Assembly: GCA_965223325.1 (NCBI GenBank)
Contig: CBDCWI010000002.1
Location: 352,001-416,000, forward strand
Origin: Candidatus Multivoradales bacterium
GTDB taxonomy: Bacteria; Acidobacteriota; Thermoanaerobaculia; Multivoradales; Multivoraceae
Length of the DNA: 64,000 nt
Direction of reading: 5' to 3'
The position numbers and the translations under genes were made by a program. The notes below the pieces were generated by a model. It did no database searches and was not told the origin of the DNA. It was given only the letters and a program-made list of their open reading frames with translations. Of this stretch, positions 18,782-27,479 are shown one piece after another; the stretch's first letter is position 1, and the number at the start of each line of letters is the position of its first letter.

Positions 18782-20902
18782 CTATTCTTCGATGTAGCCA
18801 AGTCGTTTGAGTTCCTCGGTGGTCTGCGGATCGAGACTCCAAGCGTCGACAGGTTCTCGGCCATCGCCAGAGCTTTCGCCCAGTCCCAGCTGGCGGCGGG
18901 CCCTTTCGATCCCTTCCAGCACCGCCTGTCGCCTCTCCTGCAATTGCGCGACTGAACGGTCTCCATCGAGGCCGTCGAGAGCCAACGGTCGTTGATCGCC
19001 AGGGTCGGTGCTCCGATCGAAGACCGCCGACCGCGCGGTGTCGTTCGCTTGAATGAGTTTCTGACCTCGCCACACCATCGCACTGTGCCAATCGCCGCGC
19101 CGCGTGTGACTCATATAGATCGCCCGCTCGGGCCCTCCGGTGAAAAGAGAAGGCTCGACAAACCCTCGGACACCCGCCGGGACCTTGACGTGCGCCTCGG
19201 CGAGAAGACTGCGAAAGAGGCCCGCCGTCGAGCGCGGCGCGTCTTCGCTTGCGGCGCGGCGGCCGGGAGCCTTGAGGAGGAGCGGCACGCGAACTACCTC
19301 GTCGTAGAAGGTGTGCCCATGTTCGAAGCCGTCGTGCTCCCAGAACTCCTCACCGTGATCACCCACGACCGCAATGACGGTCTGCTCCCACCGCCTCGAG
19401 CGCCGAATCTGAGCGAACACCTCGCCAAGGGCCTGGTCGACGGCCCGCACCTCGGCGTCGTAGAGCGCTTCGATCGCCCGCTTCTCAAGGGCCGTGGGCG
19501 TGAACTGCCCGCTCAGAACTTCCTGCAGTTGCGAGAAGCGACCGCTCGCTAGACGCTCTGGGAGATCCTTCGGCAACCCGGCGGCGGGCGGTGCGTAGGG
19601 CAGATGCGGATCGAGCAGATGGAGCCACAAGAAGTACGGCCGACGCTCGGCACCGCTGGTCAACTGGTGCAGGAGATCTTCGGTTTCCGCTCCCAGCTCG
19701 GCGGTATTGCGATGGGTGGCAGCCGCCAGAACCGGCCAGGAGCGCGCCACTCCGTCGCGTGGTACCGCAACCGGGCGCAGCAGGCGCGCTCCGAGGGCGG
19801 AGCGCGGGCCGATGCGCGGAAACACCCGCCAGTGGTCGAAACCACGCCGCAACGTACCGAACTGGAGGTGGACTGAGGCTGCTACCGCTCCTGTTCGGTA
19901 GCCCGCGCCAGCCAACGTCTCGGCCAGGGTTGGAAGAGCGAGCGGAACCGGCTGGCGCATGTCGACGACCTCGTGGACGGCCGGCAGGAGCCCAGTGTGC
20001 AGACTGGCCAGAGTCGGGAGGGTCCAGGGAGCGACGGTCAGCGCTCGCTCGAAGCGCACCGCCTCAGAGCCCAGGGCCACCAGGTTCGGCATCAGCTCCT
20101 CAGTGAGTCGATCCGCCCGCAGGGTGTCGACAGTGATGAGAACCACATCGGGTCGTCCGTCGGCTTCTTCTGCGGCCGAAACAGAGGTCCCCGGCTTCTG
20201 TGCCCCGGCCCACGATCGTGCAACAACCACCACCAGAAACAAGAAGGCCACGACAACCACCGCGCGGGCAAGGCGCCGAGGCCAAGGGCTGCGGCGGATG
20301 AACCAGAACAGCAAGGCGCCGAGGGCAACGATCACCAGCCCATCGAGCCAGCGGCCCGGACCCGACATGTCGCGCCGCTCAACCAATGCGCCCATCCAGG
20401 GCCCGCCGAGGCGTAGGGCGACCCAGGTCAGGCCAAGAACGGCGACCGCCGAGACTCCCTCGAGCATGCGCCGGAAAAACTCGACGCGCTCGAGACCTGC
20501 CCGCCACAGGAGGGCCGCGACTGCCAGCGAAGTGACAACTGGCACAGCCACCTGCCAGGCTGCCGGGCCGCCGCCCGAACTGGTGGGAACCAGGGTGCTA
20601 CAAAGAGCCGCGACCGCCAGACCGATCAAGCCGCCCGCGGTCGCCAGCGCGACGGAGCGAGAAGCCGTGAGTGGCGAGCGCCCGGACAGTCTCACGAAAA
20701 GGGCGACGACCGCCAGTGAGGCGAGGGCCAGCACAACGCTGGTCGCGAGCGGCAGAATGAGGAGGTCGAAGGTCGTCGTTCGCACTCGCTCACGAACGAG
20801 TGCAATGACGAGGTCGAATGAACCGAACAACATGGCACCCGCCAGAACGGTTCGCAGCAACGGCCAGTTCATCCCGCCCGCGATGGTCTCGCGCACCTTC
20901 AT
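18782..20902 (-). CDS. Membrane-anchored sulfatase-like hydrolase/transferase
   Basis: Multi-TM N-terminus; ITVDTLRADR, PWTLPTLASLHTG, LLDPHLPY, GDHGEEF, HGHTFYDE; ends EELKRLGYIEE. ATG overlaps the addA-like stop (ATGA). Confidence 0.88.
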   Translation of the reverse strand: MKVRETIAGGMNWPLLRTVLAGAMLFGSFDLVIALVRERVRTTTFDLLILPLATSVVLALASLAVVALFVRLSGRSPLTASRSVALATAGGLIGLAVAALCSTLVPTSSGGGPAAWQVAVPVVTSLAVAALLWRAGLERVEFFRRMLEGVSAVAVLGLTWVALRLGGPWMGALVERRDMSGPGRWLDGLVIVALGALLFWFIRRSPWPRRLARAVVVVAFLFLVVVVARSWAGAQKPGTSVSAAEEADGRPDVVLITVDTLRADRLTEELMPNLVALGSEAVRFERALTVAPWTLPTLASLHTGLLPAVHEVVDMRQPVPLALPTLAETLAGAGYRTGAVAASVHLQFGTLRRGFDHWRVFPRIGPRSALGARLLRPVAVPRDGVARSWPVLAAATHRNTAELGAETEDLLHQLTSGAERRPYFLWLHLLDPHLPYAPPAAGLPKDLPERLASGRFSQLQEVLSGQFTPTALEKRAIEALYDAEVRAVDQALGEVFAQIRRSRRWEQTVIAVVGDHGEEFWEHDGFEHGHTFYDEVVRVPLLLKAPGRRAASEDAPRSTAGLFRSLLAEAHVKVPAGVRGFVEPSLFTGGPERAIYMSHTRRGDWHSAMVWRGQKLIQANDTARSAVFDRSTDPGDQRPLALDGLDGDRSVAQLQERRQAVLEGIERARRQLGLGESSGDGREPVDAWSLDPQTTEELKRLGYIEE

Positions 20903-23900
20903 TCGACGCGCACCTCGCTGCCAATCTCGAGGAAGAGCAGCCGGGCATCGACCGCTGCTGGTAGCAGGCCGAGAATCTGCGCCAGGGCATCGCGGTAGGT
21001 GGCAATCTGGTAGCGGTAGCGTTCGACGAGCTCCGGCACCCGGTTTGCGGGTACCCGGTCGCCCTTCCAGTCCCAGAGCACCGCCCCCGCCGGCTGCCCA
21101 CGCACGTGCTCGATGAAAACCCGATCGAAGCGACCGCTGAGGAGCTTCCCGTCCTGGACCAGGGCAAAGGCGCGCTCGCGCCACAGCTCCCCGCCTCTCG
21201 CTCCGCCCTTGCGTGGTGGCGCCAGGACCCGGAGAACCGTCGGATGAGAGAGCATCTGGCGGAACTCTCTGAGCCATCCTTCGAGGGACAGTCCTTCGAT
21301 CTCGGGGGCCTCGCGCCGGGCAATCGACATCAGCTGGCGATCGGAGGGTGCACTGTGGCGACCACGGCTCTTCTCTGGGTCGAGCCACTCGACCTCTGCC
21401 AACCAGGCGTGGAGGATCGACCCCCGCATCCGTTCGAGTTCGGAACCGCGCTCGAGCAGCACGGTCGCCGGCACGGTGCCGTCCTGGTGGGAACCCGCGG
21501 ACGGAGCAACCGTGACCAGACTCCTGGGGGGAGACTTCCGACGGGTTCGTTCACTGGCTGACGCTGTCTTCGAAGACGCTGGCTTAGACCGGCCGACCTG
21601 TTCGTCGTCCGGTCGCAGTCTCGAGTCTTCTGCCAACTCGTCTTGCGCCCGACTGAGGGAGCTACCCGCTAGCTTCTCCATCCACCGCGGGTCGCCGGCT
21701 CTAAACGGCACGCCGACGTTCTGGCGCGAGAGCGGCGTTCCTCTACCCAGAGCCTCGGCGATCCAGGCCGCTGCACCGCGGTCTCCGCCGCCTTCTTTTG
21801 CCAGCAGGTAGAGGCCATACCGGGCCCGGGTCATTCCGACGTAGAGCGCACTCAGCTCGTCCTGCCAGCCACGCCGCTGTTCCTGGAGCCGGGCAGCCTC
21901 GAGCCGGGGATCGAGACTGGCGATGCTCTTGTTTCGCGCTGGAAAGATCGCCGTCGGCGCGGCCGTCTCTTCTTTGCGCTCCACCCAGACGGTCGAGCTC
22001 ACACGTCGGGTCCAGTCGAGTTCGCACAACATCACCGCGTCGAACTCGAGGCCTTTCGATCGGTGGACGGTCATCACCCGTACACCAGACCGGGTCGGCT
22101 CTTCGACCAGGTGACGCTCGGCAGCAGCGACGAAGTCGATCGTTCGGCCCCGGTCATCCCGCTCAAAGGTCTCGGCCAGGTCGAGCAGCTGCGCGAGCCG
22201 ACGGCGCGAGCGCTCGCTGCTCACTCGCGCCAGCCAGGTTGCCAGACGCGAGACCATTCGCGGCAGGCCCTCCTCACCGATCCTTCGACGAAGCGCGGCC
22301 GACAACCGGTGGGGATCCCAGCTGGTGATCTCGAGTGGTTGTGCCAGGGGCGAATGGGCGAGATGAAAGAACGATGCGGTATCACCAGGATGATCGGCGA
22401 GTACCAGGGCCGACAAAACCAGAGCGACCGCGGGATCGTCGTCGATCGGGCTCCCGCCTTCGCCACTGGCGTCGATCCCGCCGCGGCGCAGGGCGTCGAG
22501 GACATGACCTGCGAGTCGATTGGTGCGGGTGAGAACGGCGATCGCCGGCTGGTAGCCAGGCGGCGCCGCGCCGAGCAGTTCCTCGATCCAGGCGCGCACT
22601 GCGGCGATATGGATGTTTGGCTCGTCGCTCGCCAGGTCGCCCGCCGACCCCTCGAACGAGTCTTCGTCAATCTCGGGCTCCGCGCTCGGCGACACTCGAA
22701 ACTCAACGTACCCGGGTTTCTCTCTATCGACGGCCCGGTGGGCTTCGAGACCATGCAACCAATCCGCAACCAGGTCGGCGTGTGGAGCTAGCGGCTTCCA
22801 CTGCGGGGCGGCGGCCAGTACCCGGTCGACGACCTCGAGAATCACTGGCGAGGAGCGATAGCTCACATCGAGGGTCTCGGGGGCGATCTCGCGTTTCGCC
22901 AGCTCGGCTTCGATGTCTCGAAAGAGGGCCGCGCAGCCACCACGCCAGCCATAGATCGCCTGCTTGGCGTCGCCGACGCAGAAGAAGCTGTGCGAGCCGT
23001 CACCGTGCGCCCAGATCTCCTCGGCGATCGGCTTGAGCACCCGCCACTGCTCGAGGCTGGTGTCTTGGAATTCATCGAGCAGGAGATGCTGGATGCGACC
23101 GTCGAGTCGATAGGCGATCTGCATGCGCACCGCTTCGTCGACCTCGCCAAGGCTTTCGAGCAGCCAACGGGAGAGGTCGCCGAACAGCGCCAGGCGCCGC
23201 CTGCGCCTGAGACTGTCGTACTGCTCGTCGAAGGCCCGGAGGAGCCCATAAAGCGCCATCCCGCGCCCGGCGAGCACTTCGAGCAGAGTGAAGCGCGCAT
23301 GTTCGAGCAGCGGTCGATAGGCCGCCACAACCACCGCGGGAAGCGGTTTGCGGTAGTACTGAAGATCGCCCTCGTAGACCTTCTTGGCCAGGCCATCCTT
23401 CAGGAACGACTCCCAGTCGCGCGCCTCGGCGGCTGCATAGTCTCTAGCGAGCGCCGTCTTGACGCGCTTCTCGAGCGGCTCCTCGATGAGGCAACGCTTC
23501 AGCTCGCGCAGGGCGTCCTCGAGGTTGACATCGGTCTGGGGCGGCGCCACTTCGAGACGGGTCCACGCTTCGGCGCTCCGGGCCTCGCGGTACAACTCGT
23601 AGAGGGCGTCGAGAACCCGGTCGAGAGCGCCAGCGACCGAGCGCTTCGCCTGCTCGCCGTGCAGGCGCTCGATGAGTCGCACCAACTCGTCGAGGTCGGA
23701 GCGCGCGCCGCGCTCGAGAACCCTCGAGAGGGCCTCGAAACGCAGCCGCTCGCTCTTCGGATCATCGGGGGTTCCGAGCTCGGGTCGCTCGGGCAAGCCC
23801 AACTCGTAGCGAAAACAGGTGACGAGCCGGTAGAAAAAGGCGTCGAGGGTCGAGATCTGAAGCCGGGGCAGATCGGCGACCAGGCGCCGCAGGAGCTCAC

Positions 23901-24219
23901 CACACGCTGCGCGGTCGACGCCGGCGACCCCGAGCTCATGCAACTCTTGCGACAGCTTCTCGGTTGCCGCCTCGTCGAGACAGGCGATCGCGAGGCGAGT
24001 GAGGACCCGCTCGAGGATCTCGCCGGCTGCCTGGCGAGTAAAGGTCACCGCCAGAATGGTCCGCGGGCTCGAGCCTAGAAACAGAAGGCGCAGGATCTCG
24101 AGCGTCAGGCGATAAGTCTTGCCGGTTCCGGCTGACGCTCGCACCAGGCGATGCGGCGGCACGGTAGGCAACCCGCCGCCGGGCCCAGTGCTGCCGTCGT
24201 CTAGCGGGACCAGGGTCAC
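20899..24219 (-). CDS. addA: AddA/RecB-like UvrD helicase with C-terminal PD-(D/E)xK nuclease
   Basis: ASAGTGKT, TFTRQAAGE, LLDEFQDTS, GDAKQAIYGWRG, MTVHRSKGLEF, LYVGMTRAR; nuclease GRFDRV...DWK...Q...Y. Confidence 0.88.
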   Translation of the reverse strand: MTLVPLDDGSTGPGGGLPTVPPHRLVRASAGTGKTYRLTLEILRLLFLGSSPRTILAVTFTRQAAGEILERVLTRLAIACLDEAATEKLSQELHELGVAGVDRAACGELLRRLVADLPRLQISTLDAFFYRLVTCFRYELGLPERPELGTPDDPKSERLRFEALSRVLERGARSDLDELVRLIERLHGEQAKRSVAGALDRVLDALYELYREARSAEAWTRLEVAPPQTDVNLEDALRELKRCLIEEPLEKRVKTALARDYAAAEARDWESFLKDGLAKKVYEGDLQYYRKPLPAVVVAAYRPLLEHARFTLLEVLAGRGMALYGLLRAFDEQYDSLRRRRRLALFGDLSRWLLESLGEVDEAVRMQIAYRLDGRIQHLLLDEFQDTSLEQWRVLKPIAEEIWAHGDGSHSFFCVGDAKQAIYGWRGGCAALFRDIEAELAKREIAPETLDVSYRSSPVILEVVDRVLAAAPQWKPLAPHADLVADWLHGLEAHRAVDREKPGYVEFRVSPSAEPEIDEDSFEGSAGDLASDEPNIHIAAVRAWIEELLGAAPPGYQPAIAVLTRTNRLAGHVLDALRRGGIDASGEGGSPIDDDPAVALVLSALVLADHPGDTASFFHLAHSPLAQPLEITSWDPHRLSAALRRRIGEEGLPRMVSRLATWLARVSSERSRRRLAQLLDLAETFERDDRGRTIDFVAAAERHLVEEPTRSGVRVMTVHRSKGLEFDAVMLCELDWTRRVSSTVWVERKEETAAPTAIFPARNKSIASLDPRLEAARLQEQRRGWQDELSALYVGMTRARYGLYLLAKEGGGDRGAAAWIAEALGRGTPLSRQNVGVPFRAGDPRWMEKLAGSSLSRAQDELAEDSRLRPDDEQVGRSKPASSKTASASERTRRKSPPRSLVTVAPSAGSHQDGTVPATVLLERGSELERMRGSILHAWLAEVEWLDPEKSRGRHSAPSDRQLMSIARREAPEIEGLSLEGWLREFRQMLSHPTVLRVLAPPRKGGARGGELWRERAFALVQDGKLLSGRFDRVFIEHVRGQPAGAVLWDWKGDRVPANRVPELVERYRYQIATYRDALAQILGLLPAAVDARLLFLEIGSEVRVE

Positions 24220-27200
24220 CCTTCGGCTCCGTCACCCTGCCGGGGTGGGAGCAGTTCTCCTGGCTCGCGCCCTCGGTAGGCCTGTTCCGCATGCGCAATA
24301 GCTAGCGGCCGGTTGGGAACCCGGTCGAGCGCCAGGCGGGTGAAACCATCGTCGAAGAGTGGTGGCTCACCCGGCGGCCAGAAAACCTCGGAGCGGATGC
24401 GCGACAGCACCTCGGCCGCAGCGCGCTCTGCGTCCTGGTGTTGTCTCCTGGACCAACGAGCCGGCAGCCATCGGGGATCGCTCTTTACCGCACTCAACTG
24501 AACGTAGCCAGCCACGACGCCTCCTGGCCCGGCTTCGCTGTCCTCCGGAGCTCGATCCGCTCGGTTTCGAGCGGCAACCAAAGCATCGGTGATGGCCGGC
24601 TGGTGTGCCACTCCCCCAGGGGCAACCGCACTCTTCACCATCTCGAGATAGATCGGCAGCTGAAAGTCATGAAATCCCAGGTAGGGGTCGTCGGGATCCG
24701 GGTTGCGGTCGGGCCCGTGGGTGTCAGAAGGTGAGCGGCCGCGCTCCGAGGTCTTGTAGTCGATCACTCGCAGCCCCAACTCGGGGTGGAGATCGACCCG
24801 GTCGATGCGACCCCGGACGGTTAGCGCTTCACCCGCGATGGTGTAGGTGTGAGTCAGGGAGCGTTCGCAGAGCTCTGGAACCGCACGCCAGCCTCGTGAA
24901 GCCTGCTCCGCCTGCCAGAGGGCGAACCACTCGAGGCGGCGCTTCATCTGGGTCGCCTGTACCTCAACGATCGGTGACGGGCGCGCGCCGAAGCGGACAC
25001 GGAGCCCGCGCTCGAGGAGTTCGAAGAGGCTCTCCTTGATCGTTTCGCTATCTTCAACCGCGGTGGCGTCGGGACGCTGGACCCAGGCGTCGAGCACCTG
25101 GTGCAGCAGAATGCCGAAGGCTCGCGCGTCGATCTCGCGCGGCAGGTCACGAGCCACTTCGAGCCCTCTGACATAGCGCAGCCAGAATCGGTAGGGGCAG
25201 CGAACGTACTGCGCGAGGGCCGTACAACCGAGGCCTCGCCCACCCTGAAACGGGTCCCGTGCCGGGGGCGAGAGGTGCGCGGCATCCGGGGGCACGAGAC
25301 CCATGCCCGCAATCTGCGTGGGCCCGAGGGTAAGTGCCGCGTCTCGATCAAGACGGCATCCCGGCGCAGCGGTGGGCATCCTGGTCAGCTCGAGAACTCG
25401 CCGCGCACGGGCTTCGGTCGACGCGCCAGCCGCAGTTTCGAGAAGCAACCGACTGGGCAGGAGAGGATCGTTCAGGGCGCTCCGCCGGCCAGCGAGAAGG
25501 GTAATGCGCTCGCGACTGTTGATCGTCGCCTCGAGAATGAAGCGATCGCGCGCCAGGCGGCGAGAGTCGTCGAGTAGGCCGAGAGTACGCCGCGTGCCAT
25601 CGGGCAGCAGAGCGTCAAAGACCCCTCCCTGGGGCACCAGGCCTTCGTTCATTCCCATCACGACCAGGAAAGGCACATCGTCGTGCGCCAGCTCGAGCCA
25701 TCCGAGGACCTCGACGTGGCCTTCGGTCGTACCGGCGGCCTCGGTCGCCAGGCGACGAGACGAAAGGGCCAACTCCAAGATCGACGCCGCTTCGCTTGCC
25801 GAAACCGCTTGCACGCGCGGCCAGTCGGCGGTCACGTTTCCAAGGGCTTCGAGTCCCTCGGCGACGGCGGTAAGGGCTTGCGCCGTTTCACGGTCCCCGG
25901 CTTCGAGCTCCGAGAGATCGCGCCCGCGATACGCACGATGGAGCAGCTCGAGGAAGGTTGACCGCCAGGTCTCGGGAGCGCGACGCGAGGCGGTATGACT
26001 CCGCCCGCGGGTTGCATCCTCGCCTTCCGCAGTGCCTATGACGATGCTTCGAACGAGACGTGTGAGACGCTTCTGATCGCGCGCGTGACCGGGAACAGGT
26101 GGTTCCGTGCTCTCGAGCAGGCTGTGCTCCGAATAGCGATCGAACCAGGCAATCCACTCTGACGACAGGCGTTCTCTCAGGAGTTCAGGTTGAGCGACCA
26201 GAAGAGGTGCGTGAGTGTCGTCTTCACCCGCCCACATGTCGACATCAGTGTCCTCGAGCTCAATGTCCTCAGGCTCAGCGCCCTCAGGCTCCGTGTCGTC
26301 GGCGAACTCTGGCAGCAGGTTGGTCGCGTCGGGATGACGAAGGAGAGCGGCCAGATCCGAGGCCTGCTGGCTCTCGAAGAAGCGCGACCAGGCGACGATC
26401 AAGCGCACCGGCGGCGAGGCAGTCACGGTCCGACCGAGCGGCGAGTGGCTTCCCACACCGGCAAGCTGGAGACCCTCTTCGACTGCACGGACTTGATCGT
26501 CGGCCGTCAGGCCAACAGTACACTCGTCGGCTGAGCGGCCGTCCCTGAGGGCGCACTTGACGGTCTCGACAACCCTCTCCACCTGGTGCTGTGGCTTGTC
26601 GCAGATCACCACCTCGGGACGGGCGAGATCGAGACCACGTTCGGTCCAGAACCTCTGCACTAGACCGCCCCAGCGATCGAAACCAGCCGCGAGATCGGCG
26701 GGAGCCTGGATCAAGACGCTGACCGCGGAACCAGACTGCGCCAGCAGACGACGCCACAACTGGCCGAGGTCTGGAACGCCGACCAGAACCACCCGTTCCG
26801 CGACCTCAGGACCCCGGCGAGGTGCAGCGAGCGCTCCTACCCGAGCCCTCGACCGGCTCACGAGACCACGCGCAGAAAGCCGCTTCTCGAGCTCATTCTC
26901 GACTCGCTCGAGGACCGACCAGCGTCGATCGTCGAACCCTTGCCCACTCTTCTCCAGTTGCTTGCGCGCCGAGCGAACATCGAGCCCTGCGAGTGCCAAC
27001 TCGTCGGTGAGCTCACCGAGCGCCCGCGCCAGAACCAGCAGCCCACCGAGGTCGGTGGCCTCGGGTGGGTGTGGCAAGAGCGCTTGGAGGGCGCTGGCTT
27101 CGATCGCCGCCAGGGCCGCCGCGCGCTCGACCACCTCCACCAGCGCTTTTGCGGCTGGCAACTCGTGGTGCACCAGAAGATCGCCCAGCGCTCCCGGCGT

Positions 27201-27455
27201 CACCACCTGCGGTGGCAGCATGCCGCCGTAGCGTCTTGTTGCGACCACGGCCAGACGTTCCCGCAGCCGGCGTGCTGCACGTCGTCCTGGAACGACAACG
27301 AGGAGATGATCGAGCTCGACGAGCGCCGTGTGAGGACTGCGACCACGCTCGAGCAACCACTCTGCCGCACGGGCGAGGATCGGTTCCTGCCACCCCAGAA
27401 AAACGCGCTCGGGAGCTCTGTCCTCGGCATGCGCCGGAGTGGTGGTGTCGCTCAT
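24216..27455 (-). CDS. addB: AddB-like subunit (inactive helicase fold + PD-(D/E)xK nuclease)
   Basis: VVVPGRRAARRLRE, EVLGWLEL, MNEGLVP, YVRCPYRFWL, GRIDRVD...IDYKT...QLPIY; overlaps addA by 4 nt. Confidence 0.8.
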   Translation of the reverse strand: MSDTTTPAHAEDRAPERVFLGWQEPILARAAEWLLERGRSPHTALVELDHLLVVVPGRRAARRLRERLAVVATRRYGGMLPPQVVTPGALGDLLVHHELPAAKALVEVVERAAALAAIEASALQALLPHPPEATDLGGLLVLARALGELTDELALAGLDVRSARKQLEKSGQGFDDRRWSVLERVENELEKRLSARGLVSRSRARVGALAAPRRGPEVAERVVLVGVPDLGQLWRRLLAQSGSAVSVLIQAPADLAAGFDRWGGLVQRFWTERGLDLARPEVVICDKPQHQVERVVETVKCALRDGRSADECTVGLTADDQVRAVEEGLQLAGVGSHSPLGRTVTASPPVRLIVAWSRFFESQQASDLAALLRHPDATNLLPEFADDTEPEGAEPEDIELEDTDVDMWAGEDDTHAPLLVAQPELLRERLSSEWIAWFDRYSEHSLLESTEPPVPGHARDQKRLTRLVRSIVIGTAEGEDATRGRSHTASRRAPETWRSTFLELLHRAYRGRDLSELEAGDRETAQALTAVAEGLEALGNVTADWPRVQAVSASEAASILELALSSRRLATEAAGTTEGHVEVLGWLELAHDDVPFLVVMGMNEGLVPQGGVFDALLPDGTRRTLGLLDDSRRLARDRFILEATINSRERITLLAGRRSALNDPLLPSRLLLETAAGASTEARARRVLELTRMPTAAPGCRLDRDAALTLGPTQIAGMGLVPPDAAHLSPPARDPFQGGRGLGCTALAQYVRCPYRFWLRYVRGLEVARDLPREIDARAFGILLHQVLDAWVQRPDATAVEDSETIKESLFELLERGLRVRFGARPSPIVEVQATQMKRRLEWFALWQAEQASRGWRAVPELCERSLTHTYTIAGEALTVRGRIDRVDLHPELGLRVIDYKTSERGRSPSDTHGPDRNPDPDDPYLGFHDFQLPIYLEMVKSAVAPGGVAHQPAITDALVAARNRADRAPEDSEAGPGGVVAGYVQLSAVKSDPRWLPARWSRRQHQDAERAAAEVLSRIRSEVFWPPGEPPLFDDGFTRLALDRVPNRPLAIAHAEQAYRGREPGELLPPRQGDGAEG

Positions 27456-27479
27456 CGATTTCGGTGTGGGTCAGGCCGT

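Noticed and set aside
20903-21388. N-terminal extension of the sulfatase ORF
   Set aside because: Overlaps the addA nuclease domain; the ATGA overlap at 20899-20902 marks the better start.
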